In this document: piece after piece, positions 49,601 to 59,755 of the stretch
How the letters are laid out: every line of letters begins with the position of its first letter
How positions within the stretch are numbered: position 1 is the stretch's first letter
Assembly (NCBI GenBank): GCA_048128005.1
Contig: JBEUKZ010000096.1
Location: forward strand, 1 to 64,000
Direction of reading: 5' to 3'
Source of the DNA: Veleropilina oligotropha
Taxonomy: Eukaryota
Length of the DNA stretch: 64,000 nt
Notes under the pieces: generated by a model
The model's input: only the letters and a program-made list of their open reading frames with translations
Told to the model about the DNA's origin: nothing
Database searches by the model: none
Made by a program: the position numbers and the translations under genes

Positions 49601-52600
49601 CGCCGCGACCGTTGTCAAATGTAATCCGCCATTGTTGTGTATCGACATTTTCGTGCTCTCGCAGCGAGTATATCGATTATACTCGGTATGTTACCGTACA
49701 ATTCCGAGATGCGATTTCGGAAGCATTCGTTGTTCGCTTACTGCTAATCGCAGTCGTATTTATCGTCGGTCATTTTCGACATATTCCGGATTTAAATGAC
49801 AAAAATTTTGCGACTTTCACTCTTACCGCACCGATATCATTTACTTCTTTAGTGGCAGTTACACGAAGAAATGAATATTTAAACACGAGTAAATAACAGT
49901 TTTAATAACTAAAGTAAGTTGTATATTAAATTATAATAATATTGAAAGGTTAATTAATATATATATACACATAGTCGCATTGAATTTCTGTAACAAGGGA
50001 GATAATTTATTTTGATGGCTTCAGTAAATTAGGAAATAGCATTACATTAATTTTGAAAGGTGGAAGTAGATTCCGATATAAGACTTAGAAAAGCATATCT
50101 GTGAAATAATATAAAATTTTCACTATCACAAAGTGAAATTTCCATTTCACTAGTAATAAAATAAATGTTATTTTGCTTTTTTTTTAAATGTAACTATTTT
50201 GCAGAATTTTGTATTTAGCCTACAACTTACAATTTTCTTGTGCATGCATATGTCATATCTCGCCTTGATTATTCCAACAGTTTACTTTTCGGAATAAACG
50301 CAAGCCTCATTAACAGATTGCAGCAAGTTCAGAATGCCGCAGCCAGGCTGATTTTACTTGCCCAGCCAAAGGACCATGCAACCCCGCTGCTATATAGCCT
50401 ACACTGACTCCCTGTTGAGAAACGGATTATCTTCAAAATTCTTACATTCGTTTACAATTCTCTTCAAGGAAAAGCGCCTGGATATATTATTGAACTTCTG
50501 CCTCAATATCGACCTATGAGAGCACTTAGGTCGCAACAATTACAACAGTTGACAGAGAATAGAACAATGAATAAATATGGCGATAGAGCATTTATCAACA
50601 ATTCCCCAAAACTCTGGAACAAACTCCCATCTAAAGTAAAGGAAAGCACATCTCAGACAAGTTTTCGGAAGACGTTGAAAACACACCTATTTGCTGATGT
50701 ATATGCCAACCTGATCAAATCTCACTAACAATTCAGCTGACATCGTAGTAGTGGAGGACAGTAATGACTGCTTCACATCTGTTCATTGTTATTGCTTATA
50801 GCATTCATCATATGTACCATTCAAAGTTGGTTGAAGTTCACGCAGGGGCTGCTTCACCTCTTTGTCTGATTGCGCTTGTAAATAAAATTGAAAAAACTCA
50901 ACAAAAAAATATTCTGTTTATTATTATTATTGCTTTTTGCATTCATAGTACAGTATGTATCATTGATGTCTCTCCTGTATATTCTTGTGTAAATTGTACT
51001 GTAATATTAGTTATAGTTTGTACTGCGCTTAGAGCTACACTAGAATAGGCGCATTATAAATGTATTAAATAATAAAAATAATAATAATAATAATTTTATT
51101 TAATTTTAATTTCCTTCCATTTTATCTATATTTGTCACATATGTAGTAAATTTAATATTGTTTACTTCTAATTCTAGTATTTTAGATGACCTTATACTGT
51201 ATTGGTGAAATTTGTCTTTTTATTAACATTTTAAGACTTAGTGACTATAGACCCGATTATGACAGAAAAATATAGTCGTCGTGGTCGTTAAATGCCAATC
51301 AAAATATCAAACAAAGTGAACATGTCAGCATGATCAAGGTGTTCTTGGTGATAGATAATTTAATGAGGAAAAGGTTGCATACATATTCTAAGAGTAAACT
51401 GGATGTGGTGAAAATTTTGTACCACTCACAGTCACATTACAGTCAATCAAGTCGGACTACTATGTCCCATATCGGTATATAATGTAAATGACTATAAAAT
51501 GGGCATTGACATATCCATTTTTTACATTTCATCCACACATCGTCACTTCATTTGGTGAGTCAATTGCTCTCCTCAGCATTTCAGGAGAGTCGTTTGTTAC
51601 TCAGAATCATTCTATAAACCATCAGCATTGTTACACATGGCTAAATATTTGGCAACGCACATTATATATTATACATATTAAATCATATCACATTTATATT
51701 GGCTACACAAAAATTAAATTGGCTCCTAATAATTCAATTTGGCTATTCAATTGGCTCTTCATTCGAAAATTCTAGGGCGGTCCCTGGTATGGATGTCTCC
51801 TGATACTCTGGCAGTGATGTGGAATAAATTTTAATATAATTAATGGAAATATAGTGGTCTTTTGGGACATAGAAATTTAAGCAAATTTTCGGTTAAAGTT
51901 TTTCATCAAATGTATATGTCTTGCTCAAGGTATTTTTTTGCGTATATATGCTTTGTTATGGGTTGTATGGTTGTCACTTGATACTCTGGCAGTGATATTG
52001 AATACATTTTAATATCTTATATGGAAATAGTGGTCTTTTGTGACATAGAAATGTATGCAAATTTTAGGTTCAAGTGTTCGATTAAAGTTTTTCATCAAGT
52101 GTATATGGCCTGCTCAAGGCAATTTTTGTCTCAACCTGGATGAAAGTGAGACTAAGGGATTGCTTTTTCCGTCATTGTCGACGTCGTCGGTGTCGTGTCA
52201 TCTTGGTTAAAGTTTTTCATTTAGTGTATTTGGCTTGTTCAAGGCACTTTTTGGCATATATATGCTTTGTTATTGGTTGTATGGATGTCACCTGATACTC
52301 TGGCAGTGATATTGAATAAATTTTAACATAATTAATGGGAAATATGGTGGTCTTTTTGGACATAGTAATTTTGGTGATCTTTAGGCTAAAGTTTTATGGT
52401 TAAAGTTTTTCATCAAGTGTATATGGCTTGCTCAAGTCACTTTTTGGCATATATAAATAGAGGATATCGAACGAGTGTCCATTCCATATGAGAATTATGA
52501 AACGAGTCGGGCACAATTTATGTACCGAGCCTTGGCGAGGTACATAAATTTGCTGCATAAATTTGCTGAAGAGTTTCATAATTATCATTTGAAATGGACA

Positions 52601-55600
52601 CAAGTTTCATACCTTCTTTATCACATGACTTTATTTACCTTTAAACTTATTTTATTGCTTTTTTAAATGCATTTCTTTACGTTTTAAAACTAATTTCTGT
52701 CAGTACTTTCAGCCATAAATTTCCATGCCTCGGACGCATCGAAAGCACGCGCCACGCCAGTACGCCAATAAAAAATAGTTCAACATCAGTAATCGACGAG
52801 TCGATGCGTATGAATTATTCAATATATTAATGAGGGTGATACGCCGCCTAATCAACTTGGCGCCAGATGCGATGACCGGGCGTCATGTTCGCCCTCATAT
52901 GCATACTTATGGGACGTGTCTTTTGTATCGAAATTTATGGAACGACTTGTACCGTTCCATAACAGATTTGTCATGTGATAAGCTCTGTGGTTGGTTGTAT
53001 GGATGTCACCTGATACTCTGGCAGTAATATGGAATAAATTTTAATAAAATTAATGAAAATAAAGTGGTATTTGTGGACATAGAAATTTTTGGTTAAAGTT
53101 TTTCATTTAGTGGATATTGGCTACTAAAATCACGTTTTAGCTCACCTGTTCAAAGAACAGCAGAGCTATTGTCATCAGCAGCTCGTACGTCAGTGTCGGC
53201 GTCTCCATTTTGTGTTAAGGAAAATGTTTAGGTGAAGTTTATCTTCTATAATCTCAAGCAATGACTTTAATTTTCAATAAGTTTATGTTTAGGTCACTCA
53301 TTACTATGCTATTAATGGTAATAGGCACATTATTGAGGTATTTTTGGCTAAAACATGCTTTATATGAACTTTGATTTTGTGTTAAGGAACATGTTTAGAT
53401 GATGATTTTTGTCTCGCCCCGGAGGAAAGCGAGACTTATAAGGGATTGCTTTTTCCGTCGGTGTCATCGTCGTGTCATCTTGGTTAAAGTTTTCATTGAG
53501 TGTATATAGCTTGGTCAAGGCACTTTTTGGCAAATATATAATAATAATAATATTAATAATAATAATATGCTTTGTTATTGGGTGTATAGATGTCACATGA
53601 TACTCTGGCAGTGATATTGAATAAATTTCAATATAATTATTGGAAATATGGTGGTCTTTTTGTACATAGAAATTTTAGGTTAAAGTTTTTCATTTAGTCA
53701 ATATGGCTTGGTAAAGGCACTTTTTGGCATATATATATATATGTTTTGTTATTGGTTGAGTGGATGACATTCGATACTCTGGCAGTCATATTGAATAAAT
53801 TTTAATATCATTAATGGCAATATGGTGGTCTTTTTGGACATAGAAATTTGGGTGAATTTGAGGTTAAAGTTTTTCATTGTGTGTATGTGGCTTGCCCAAG
53901 GCACTTTATGACATGTATGTGCTTTGCTAATAGTTGTCACCTGATACTCTGAAAGTAATATTGAATCCATTTTAATATAATGAATGGATATATGGTGGTC
54001 TATTAATTAGGTAACAGTTTGTGACACAATATCAACTTTTATAGATTTTTTGTTGGAAATATCTAGTGTATAATTAATTTTGTAGTATCAAATGGTCAAT
54101 GTATGTGGAATCTAAAATATTATCTATTTTTGTCTCGCCCCGAAGGAAAGCGAGACTAAGGGATGGCTTTTTTCGTCGTCGTCGTGTCATCTTGGTTAAA
54201 GTTTTTCATTGAGTGTATATGGCTTGCTCAAGGCACTTTTTGGCATATATATGCTTTGTTATTGGTTGTAAATTTAGGTGAACTTTAGGTTAAAGTTTTT
54301 CATCAAGTGTATACGGCTTGCTCAAGGAACTTTTTGGCATATATATGCTTTGTTATTGGTTGTATGGATGTCACCTGATACTCTGGCAATGCTATTAAAT
54401 AAATTTTAATATAATTAATGGAAATATAGTGATCTTTTTGGACATAGATATTTAGGTGAACTTTAGGTTAAAGTTTTTCATCAAGTGTATACATGGCTTG
54501 CTCAAGGCACTTTTTGGCATATATATGCTTTGTGATTGGTTGTATGGATGTCACCTGATACTCTGCCAGTAATATGGAATAAATTTTAATAGAATTATTG
54601 AAAATAAAGTGGTGTTTGTGGACATAGAAATTTTGGTTAAAGTTTTTGGTTGTAGTTTTTCATTTAGTGGATATTGGCTACTAAAATCACTTTTTGGAAG
54701 ATGTATGCTCTGGTATTGTTTATATAGATATCACCTAATATGAAATAAAATTTCATATTATATTATAATTGATGCGTAACATTTGTGTTTTTGGACTTAG
54801 AATTTTCAGCTCAAGTTTTTCGATGATTGCATATATATATGAGATGATCAAAACCCTTTTCTAGTAAATTCCTAAATCTAAAAGGGCGAGACATATCGGA
54901 CCATGGTTCTTGTATTGCCTTATTATTGATTTAAATTATTAATCATCATCTGTTTCTTTTACGATTCCATTCATTGTTTACAACATCAAACTCTGATTGC
55001 TCTTGAGTGTTCATTGTAACATCCAGGGTTACATATGTTGTGCTTATAAGTCTCTAATGCTCTTCTTCTGTTGAGTATGTATTATATAGTTGACAATAAG
55101 TTATGAGCAACTATGCACACAACTCTGCTCGTAGCGACCATCTCAAGTTTCACCCTCGTAACATGCGAACTCTTTGGCCTCAGGCATTATGTCCGGGTTC
55201 TTTCATTTCAGAGACCTGATACCAGTAGTTTCTGCACTCGAGCATAACACCTGGTTCACTAAACTCAACGCAAACAATGTGAAACTGGTGAGTAACTCTG
55301 ATTATAATGGTGTGGGAACTTCCCCTAAATAGATCAATCTATTGATTCATATATCAAAATAATGAAACAGTTTTCTTTAATAATTTACGAAACGTGTTCT
55401 ATCGGTGTACATGTTTGTAATTAACTGCTGTAATCTCGCTGTTTAATATTTCATGTATTTGTCGTATCAGTATCTATTAAGTTTAATATTAATATTTGTT
55501 TAGTTACATTAAAATGTAAACTTGACACAGGGAGTCAAGAACACTACACTTTTAAGGGGATAATTGTGAGGTGCCAAAATTCATGCATTTTAAGTGCCAT

Positions 55601-58600
55601 GTGTCAGGGATAGTTCTCGTTGCAATCCGGAATTGAACAGTAAAAATATTAATTAGTAGAACCTTGCCCTTGGTCAGCAATGCTTGTAGCAAATAAAATT
55701 TGATGGCTAGTTTGATACTTTATGCCTTTCAGTTAAATTCAACTATCATCTGAATAATGTTATGTTAATTGCAACTTCTGTATTATTACAAGTGCTAAAT
55801 ATCTTGAAGTTAGTTATTTGAAAGCAGAGATATAGTTTGGCCATATTCACTATGTGTGACATGAATCTCAAAGAATTTCAACAACACAGTTGCTTATCTC
55901 CATTTTCAAACAATTGAACTTATTACATCTTAGAGTAGACGGCATGTAATTTAAACAGTTGGCGTCGAGTGTTACATGATTATTTATCAAGCTTCAAATG
56001 ACATAATTTTGACCAATCAAATGTTACCGATTTTGAGATATTAAAATAAAAAATTTGTTAATAACAATATTTCCACTATATTGAATGTTACTTGCAGATT
56101 ATATAATTATGTTTTTATCATTACTGACTATTATCAATTATTGAAGATGTCATTCTGCTTTGCCCTGTTCGCGGTTATGACTATAAAGCTATGTTTACTT
56201 CTTCTCAGATTCCGGAGGTGGCCAGTGGAATTATTCATGTGATGAAGAAGAACGCTGTTATTGAAGATCTCAGTTTGTGTAATACAGGAATCAAGCTGTA
56301 CGTATAAGGATAATGGTTGTATCCCCGGACAATAGTCGGGGATAGTATGGTTTAGTCATCATTCAGTCGCATCTGCCCCAGAGATTTCTTGTGTGCGCTC
56401 TTCAGAGAAAAGGTCTAATCCAATTTGATTCAAATTTGGTATGCCCGTTAGTTTTGACGAGGACACGCCACCTTACGATTTTCGCCGTTTTATGTTTCAA
56501 GATGGCCACCGTGGCGGCCATTTTGTTATAGAGATTTCACCCTATGGTGAAAATTTGTAATCTGATTTGATTCAAATTTGGTTGCGTGTTAGTTATGATG
56601 AGGAAACGACGCCTATCGATTTTCGCTCCCTCGGTCGAGGATTTGCTAGTTTAAAAAGGATTATCCACCTTGGCAAATGTTGAGATGTTAAGCAAAGCTT
56701 CAAACACAGTCGCGTGGTTTCGCTTGCAGACTGAAAATCACTGACTTGGGACTTGACATTATTTGTTCAGTTATGAATGACAGTTGTCCGTCGTCACTGG
56801 TCGGAGAGCGTGGGTTTTCTGGGTGACGGCTTTCCTCCCGTGACAATGTGGACATGTCGTGCTTTGAACCTGATTGTTGTAAATATACAGGACATTAAGC
56901 ATCGATCCTTTCATTTCATTTCCTAATACTGTAAATGACTTTATTTTCGAGGGTACCAATTTTCGTGGTTTTGCTTAAAAAGACATTTTCGAGGGCTCGT
57001 AATTTCGTGGATTTCATATTTTGAAAATCAATAAAATATAGATAATATATAGGCCTACTTCTGGCAATTTAGTATTGTGCTTGTCAAGTTATGACAAATT
57101 GAAAATGCAATTTGAGATGAAAGACATTACCGACACTGACGCTCCGAGTGTTTTTTTATAATCCTAAGCTTAATCTTAAAATCTGATTAGCACTCACTGA
57201 ACGTGATTACGCCAGCTAATTCCATGAAAGATTACCAACTAACACATTTAACAAGAGGAAAGAAAAACAAAGTACCGCCAGCATTATGTAACGTTCACCT
57301 TGAAATGCGTGCTAAGATTACCCACTATTATATCGACAACAGTGTTGCGAAAGCCGCTCGGAAGTTTACGACAGACTTCGGTAAAAAAAGTCAGCGAATC
57401 ATCAGTACGCAGTATGAGGGACCAATTCGTCAAATTAAAAAAACATGTAAACATAGTAACATACCGTTAGTAATATCGACTTTTGTTTTTATACAAAATG
57501 TACACCGCTCTTATAATTAATTCGGCAAATCAGTAACAGTGCTAAAGGAGAACATTATATGGATAAAAACATCGGTTATTTCCGCCGATATCGGAAACGT
57601 ACGAAGTGTAATGAATAGAATAAAAAGTAGATTGATAGACGTTTACTATTATTAAACGGGTTTTTGACATTTATATTATAATAAGTTTTATTTTTGTTTA
57701 TATGAGTTGACAATCCGACAAATCTTCCAAACGCTCACCGAGAGGAGAACTTACTGACCCTACTAATAAAAGGATAACGGAATTATCCTTTTGTTCGTTC
57801 CGGCTTGATGCGCCGACATAACAGCTTCAGCCGTTGGATTTAACGGTTAACAAAGAATACAAAGACATTTTGAGAGGGACGTCTGGCGTCCACACTGAAA
57901 CCCATTCATGCCAACTGGATTATTTATGCTCACAAGGAAGTGACGCAACGCAGGCAATTGATTTCGAATGGATTTGCCAAAACTGGACTAATTACCAATT
58001 AAATGGTGTTTTTATAACACCAACTTACCACAGTTACTGATACATGCAAGTATCAGAAGTATTTAATGTACGCATATTTATCTGTAAATATCTATCATTT
58101 TATCCCTTGGTATATATATATGTACAAAACTATGTATATAAGATAGCATTAAGATCAAATTTAGTAGTATCTATTTCGTCTTGTTTTAAATGTTCACCAT
58201 TTCCAAAATGGCCGCCAACGGATATCCAAGATTAAAACTGACTGGGTGACGCATATTTCGTTGGGACTTTAAATTCGTGGTTTAGCCTACCCACGAAAAC
58301 CACGAAAATTGGTACCCCACGAAAATTAATGATTCTACAGTAGTCGATTATGTTGGTTATTACATTATGTTCGACACTTGTCAGGTCAATATATAAAGAA
58401 TCTGTTGTGACCTGCAACCAATACAACAAATCCCTTGTTTTCTTCTGCTCCCATCTGCTGAAAGTCGATCTTCTTTGATCTGTGGCATTGGGAATAGTTC
58501 AAGTCATATAACAATAAAATTAAGGAGTGTAGCCTCGTTGAATATCATTTTCTTGGTCAATAAATCAACTGTCAATAATTTTTACTAGTATATTATTTAT

Positions 58601-58704
58601 TATTTTCAGAGACTTTATTCAGAAGCTTGCCACAGCTTTGATCTCGAACATAGGAACACAGCTCAGTCAGTTGGATCTCTCCAACAACCTTCTGGAGGAT
58701 AGAG
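22610..58704 (+). CDS. CARMIL: CARMIL / LRRC16 (capping protein regulator), first 10 coding exons; the gene continues beyond them
   Basis: Exons 22610-22646, 22806-22903, 33255-33305, 33683-33742, 36472-36602, 39060-39228, 39784-39857, 55212-55287, 56209-56297, 58610-58704, all GT-AG and in phase. Peptide includes [84 protein letters not shown] and LDLSNNLLEDRG, matching the CARMIL PH-linker-LRR N-terminus. Confidence 0.95.
23912..24177 (-). mobile_element. Non-autonomous Helitron, same family as 1060-1502
   Basis: Near-identical reverse complement of 1234-1502; TC..CTAG ends, A|T target. Confidence 0.8.
27155..27499. mobile_element. MITE inserted in a minus-strand SINE
   Basis: Imperfect TIR TTAGGCCCAAAAAAAAAATTCTTTGCTTCCTGTTAC vs TAAGGCCAATAAAAAAAAGTCTTGGTTCCTGTTAC; GGTA repeats inside. 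Confidence 0.65.
27658..27998. mobile_element. MITE with 5-bp TSD (hAT5-like)
   Basis: TIR CAGGGTTC(G/C)TACA, TSD TTCAA, internal AAAGTACTTGAA repeats. Confidence 0.85.
32896..33076. repeat. 16-bp minisatellite (ATAATTCCCCCGCCTT) x about 11
   Basis: Directly visible tandem array. Confidence 0.95.
34659..36171. mobile_element. TIR element (TACATGTGATAAC..) hosting a nested MITE
   Basis: TACATGTGATAACCC at the left end and GAGTTATCACATGTA at the right end; TSD unclear. Confidence 0.55.
34768..35202. mobile_element. MITE with 5-bp TSD (hAT5-like)
   Basis: TIR CAGGGGTGTCA(A/T)TAAGA; flanks TTACG / CTACG. Confidence 0.75.
36271..36470 (+). repeat. 20-bp minisatellite x10 abutting the CARMIL exon 5 acceptor
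   Basis: (ATATGCAAATATTGTTTACG)n; the last unit ends TTTACAG at the splice acceptor. Confidence 0.95.
36847..38140 (+). mobile_element. Helentron-type non-autonomous element (HINE/DINE-like) with internal tandem repeats
   Basis: Head TGTATCCCCCCG..CGGGGGATAC, (CCG)n, repeated GCTCTAGACAGGTCATTTCTTAACG units, and a 3' GGGGATACA plus stem-loop GTCACTCGTGAC then CTAGTT. Related copies near 29834-30085 and 56318-56650. Confidence 0.7.
37646..37905 (+). mobile_element. tRNA-derived SINE with 15-bp TSD
   Basis: A-box GGCAGTGCAGTGGGTAGAG, B-box GGTTCAATACC, (TCCC)-type tail. TSD TCCGAC(C/T)TTCAAGAT. Confidence 0.85.
41555..43810 (+). CDS. DIRS ORF1 (Gag-like), 751 aa
   Basis: N-terminal Cys/His cluster (CSEPEC..DKHSVC..HRSC..PCAKC), LLLRRDACL and PTLFG motifs, basic C-terminus. 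Confidence 0.9.
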   Translation: MVRCSEPECNQKIHSFDKHSVCRIHRSCAKRYPCAKCLLLTDRQWALIYPPGTTATRESVSVGLPPEKQTTGKSGLISTDSSVLGTRSDQRTGASQVAGPADETATVLGKTVETSPASQVQVQVRGARALSVSPRTTGLVAASTSAMPASMVHRTLQRTAEQGRLSPSSLSASEEQGTASPSVTSGVPCGILRTAEQVGTVAGHHQGGLRSGPPTTPDSLADGATDPPQGSSLHLGAPSLVGGPADSPDPFGLRLVGADGPAAFGMGMYAGASPVYPLNRAATPTGLWPQSFGSRAPVNTPFGPFSASTRSSGDVRPWFSYQSGPAARLPCATMSSSDPLAVGSTPVLPVGLSLESVHAMIAAEFEARSRAWLPAVQPPQVSAPLLVAQSTAPASVMEVDPRSDEDVPSDRSDLLESVGPDDSRSQSGLQEPISATRRRHDAVASLRGVLDLPDPAGPVGMIKHRTAAHRFAESEAPQLPVLPQSGLVDLVLDQTTRAIQGGKTVETSSLTEFPRGLRRGRYLRPSSRPLPIALSEPCLVAEPAQIDVAMRRLSASQAPSVAKVPWAAMDAFESCARRALRLSSVQDSFLDGAIAVLQEDRPGARETALSFLHEVAAATENNALESARVLGNALLLRRDACLEGTSLDDATRRSLRCVPLSAPTLFGGEFTEFVDKRAVELKDRAIERAVLTTPRGTQPAPSRKRSAPTRGAKASKRARPSRGGPPARKSSEKKGPPTKSRQSGRGKPSRP
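43806..45884 (+). CDS. DIRS ORF2: reverse transcriptase / RNase H / adenine methyltransferase-like, one in-frame TGA at 45255-45257
   Basis: GFYSHFFLVPKPDGRWRPILDL, IDLTDAYLH, LPFGLSSAP, YLDDWL, TDASNEGWG, HINYLELEA, TDNTTVVAY, RHIP*ILNVRADSLSR, VDLFAT, YAFPP. Confidence 0.92.
43862..46798 (+). CDS. DIRS ORF3 tyrosine recombinase (domain from about 45715; frame open from 43811)
   Basis: STSKVYDYRW, VKGYRASIS, FASGKRVSEI, CPVRALRYY, AHETRAISTS, GYWRNPNVFVKHY (R-H-R-W-Y catalytic set). Confidence 0.92.
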   Translation: MPVRLQPDVARVNRQQLGPLSRECWIQVEFQPASNPIRDTTTKTRSPPSRREASGLRPGSAGLTLKKSHLSRAAQHTRILQPFLPGPETRWPLETDPRSLAPQPLFAYREVPARNALEDTSGHPSGRLGSVYRPDRCVLTRSDACLGSSVPQVYTRGDDLPFQVPTVRSIVSPLRLHAGSTGPRGLPTLARAQSTHVSRRLVDSRGVPGSVPPVYERYPVIGEAPRITDQQREILLRALDDVYVPRSRLRHGPVHREADRQTYREPTRSYPGHTVIGDSHGATTGHCPGAHRVGSAPATDRTNGQTTVTAGLQGPLGATDGTVDGSYRSSALVQSLDSSVAEPCIAEPVGSHFPARTERLPIHGRFERGLGRSPRQSRDIGPLADGPAGTTHKLSRTRSGLPDSTVLLVTSPQQAHTARHGQHDCRRIRSTPGRHSLASPMRPSNQPTPLSDVPQLDDTSTTHPVNIERPSGLALSEIADYTHRVDATQPCCSGGLPPVVSTPSRSVCNRVQSPTPSVCLPVPGPGRPCGRRVVNDMGESDRVRLPPVVHITTCTTEGSARPLRDNANSAPKSHAVLVSDSSRSNRRSTACVTAKAGPANATTLTGVTPVAKRTSFTRMAVIERSLVEKGFSRATALRIYRSRRQSTSKVYDYRWVKYVDWCHRREVNILRPPVNKFIEFITSLFERGLSVSAVKGYRASISTTLKQCRSRIDLSSDRTISDLIRSYELERPISLARPPAWNIILILNALLESPFEPLRIASIRNLTYKTVFLIAFASGKRVSEIHSFSAELRDIRFQSDGSVILRPILGFIAKNQRPGDIAPEVVIPTLSIVGRNDIDRLNCPVRALRYYLDRTRDFRRGKKRLFISYLPNFTRDVSKNTISRWICRTVQQIYSNSNEADRNLIAVRAHETRAISTSLAFRHCLNITSLLQAGYWRNPNVFVKHYLRDFSTGADGLSSIQCVAAQHCITRTSRLHTR
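48683..49706 (+). repeat. Local duplication: DIRS internal 45669-45846 joined to a copy of 47836-48684
   Basis: Constant offsets of 3014 and 1022 bp; junction microhomologies CG and GTG. Confidence 0.92.
49411..51786. mobile_element. Non-autonomous TIR element with 5-bp TSD (hAT5-like); left end duplicated at 48389
   Basis: TIR CAGGGACCGCCCTAG, TSD GTATG. Confidence 0.85.
50230..51095 (+). mobile_element. 3' fragment of an L2-clade LINE
   Basis: HAYVISRLDYSNSLL..LQQVQNAAARL..LH*LPV..RIIFKIL..GDRAF..PKLWNKLP..LKTHLF; (TAA)n tail. Confidence 0.85.
52455..52980. mobile_element. Insertion with terminal hairpins, possibly Crypton-like non-autonomous
   Basis: Interrupts a satellite unit, begins AAATAGAGGATAT, long imperfect hairpin centred on TTTATGTACC-GAGCCTTGGCGA-GGTACATAAA. 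Confidence 0.45.
56929..58340. mobile_element. Tc1/mariner (pogo-like) element remnant
   Basis: TA|CTGTA..TTTTCG(A/T)GGG..TACCAATTTTCGTGGTTTT TIRs with TA flanks; decayed HTH-like peptide RAKITHY..SVAKAARKF. Confidence 0.7.
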
Positions 58705-58989
58705 GTTAGCAAGGGACCCTAGGGTGCGGAGGGGATATGTGTGTATAGGTGCAGAGTTTGGGAATATATTGGTGTTAAGAGGTTGGAGATATTAGGATGA
58801 GGCGGTGGGATATATTAGGGTGCATTGATGAGATATATTACTGGGCACAGGTTAGAGGTATAAGGGGGCAGAGGTTGGATAAATAGGGGTCAAAAGAAAT
58901 TAAGGGGCACAGGTGGGATTGTAATAGGGATAAGAGGCGAGATATTGGATACCGTTCAGAGCTGGGATATATTAGAATGTGCATTTGAG

Positions 58990-59223
58990 GAAGGAATGCT
59001 GCTTAATGTCCTTGGTAAACCCGCCCTCTTCGGCCAGTCACGGACAACTGTGGCTCATCCGGGTAAACCCGCCCTCTTCAGCCAGTCACGGACAACTGTG
59101 ACTCATAACTTGAACAAATGTCAATGCCTCAGCCAGGTATTGAACCCACTACTGTTCGCATTAGCGGAATCAAGCCAGTGAATTTAGAGTGGACACTCTA
59201 CCCACTGTGCTGCCGAAGCGGCC
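58990..59223 (-). mobile_element. tRNA-derived SINE, same family as 37646-37905
   Basis: 16-bp TSD AGAATGTGCATTTGAG (58974-58989, 59224-59239); internal duplication of about 37 bp. Confidence 0.88.
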
Positions 59224-59322
59224 AGAATGTGCATTTGAGATAAACTAGTGCCTAGAAGCGATGATTTATTGTACTCGAAAAGTATATTAAACCTTTGGGC
59301 CCTGAATTATTTTGACACTAAT

Positions 59323-59755
59323 CAGGCGCGGATCCAGGAACTTCGCTTAGGGGGGGCGCTGAATTTACTATCAACTGTTCGCGTGGGGGCGGGGTCCCAC
59401 GCGAAAGAAAATTTTGAGAATCAACAGCCTGAAACCCCCTCTCCTGCACTCTGACAGGGCAAAAGCGATATTTCATTCTAACTTTTTATGAACCACCGTC
59501 AGTCAAATAGCACGAGTCAAATTTGTATTTTATTTTGTCATAATCGAATTGTCCGCGTGGGGTCGGCGCCCCATGCGCAAGAAATTTTTGACAATTAACG
59601 ATGTGAAATCCCCCCTCCTGCATTATTACATTGCAACAGCCTATTTATAATGTTCTGAAAGTCATTTGTATCAGATTATACATATTATTTTAGTATGCTT
59701 GGCCAACTTTAGGGGGGGGCGCGCGCCGGGTGCGCCCCCCCTGGATCCGCGCCTG
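59323..59755. mobile_element. MITE with 5-bp TSD (hAT5-like)
   Basis: Perfect TIR CAGGCGCGGATCCAGG, TSD CTAAT. Internal GCGTGGGG..CCCACGCG..GAAAATTTT motif shared with 12497-13930. Confidence 0.9.

Larger units (their letters stand above)
48051..54913 (+). repeat. Tandem array of Helentron-type (HINE-like) elements with satellite-like internal repeats
   Basis: Repeated heads TTTTTGTCTCGCCCCGAAGGAAAGCGAGAC (48051, 49073, about 52122, 53405, 54127), (GTC)n, many GGTTAAAGTTTTTCAT..GCTCAAGGCAC units, 3' end GGCGAGACATATCGGACCATGGTTCTTGT. Confidence 0.75.

Noticed and set aside
48500..49896. Duplicated ORFs starting MNTNYFKIFF
   Set aside because: Chance ORFs in a duplicated non-autonomous element; the first is a chimera with DIRS sequence.
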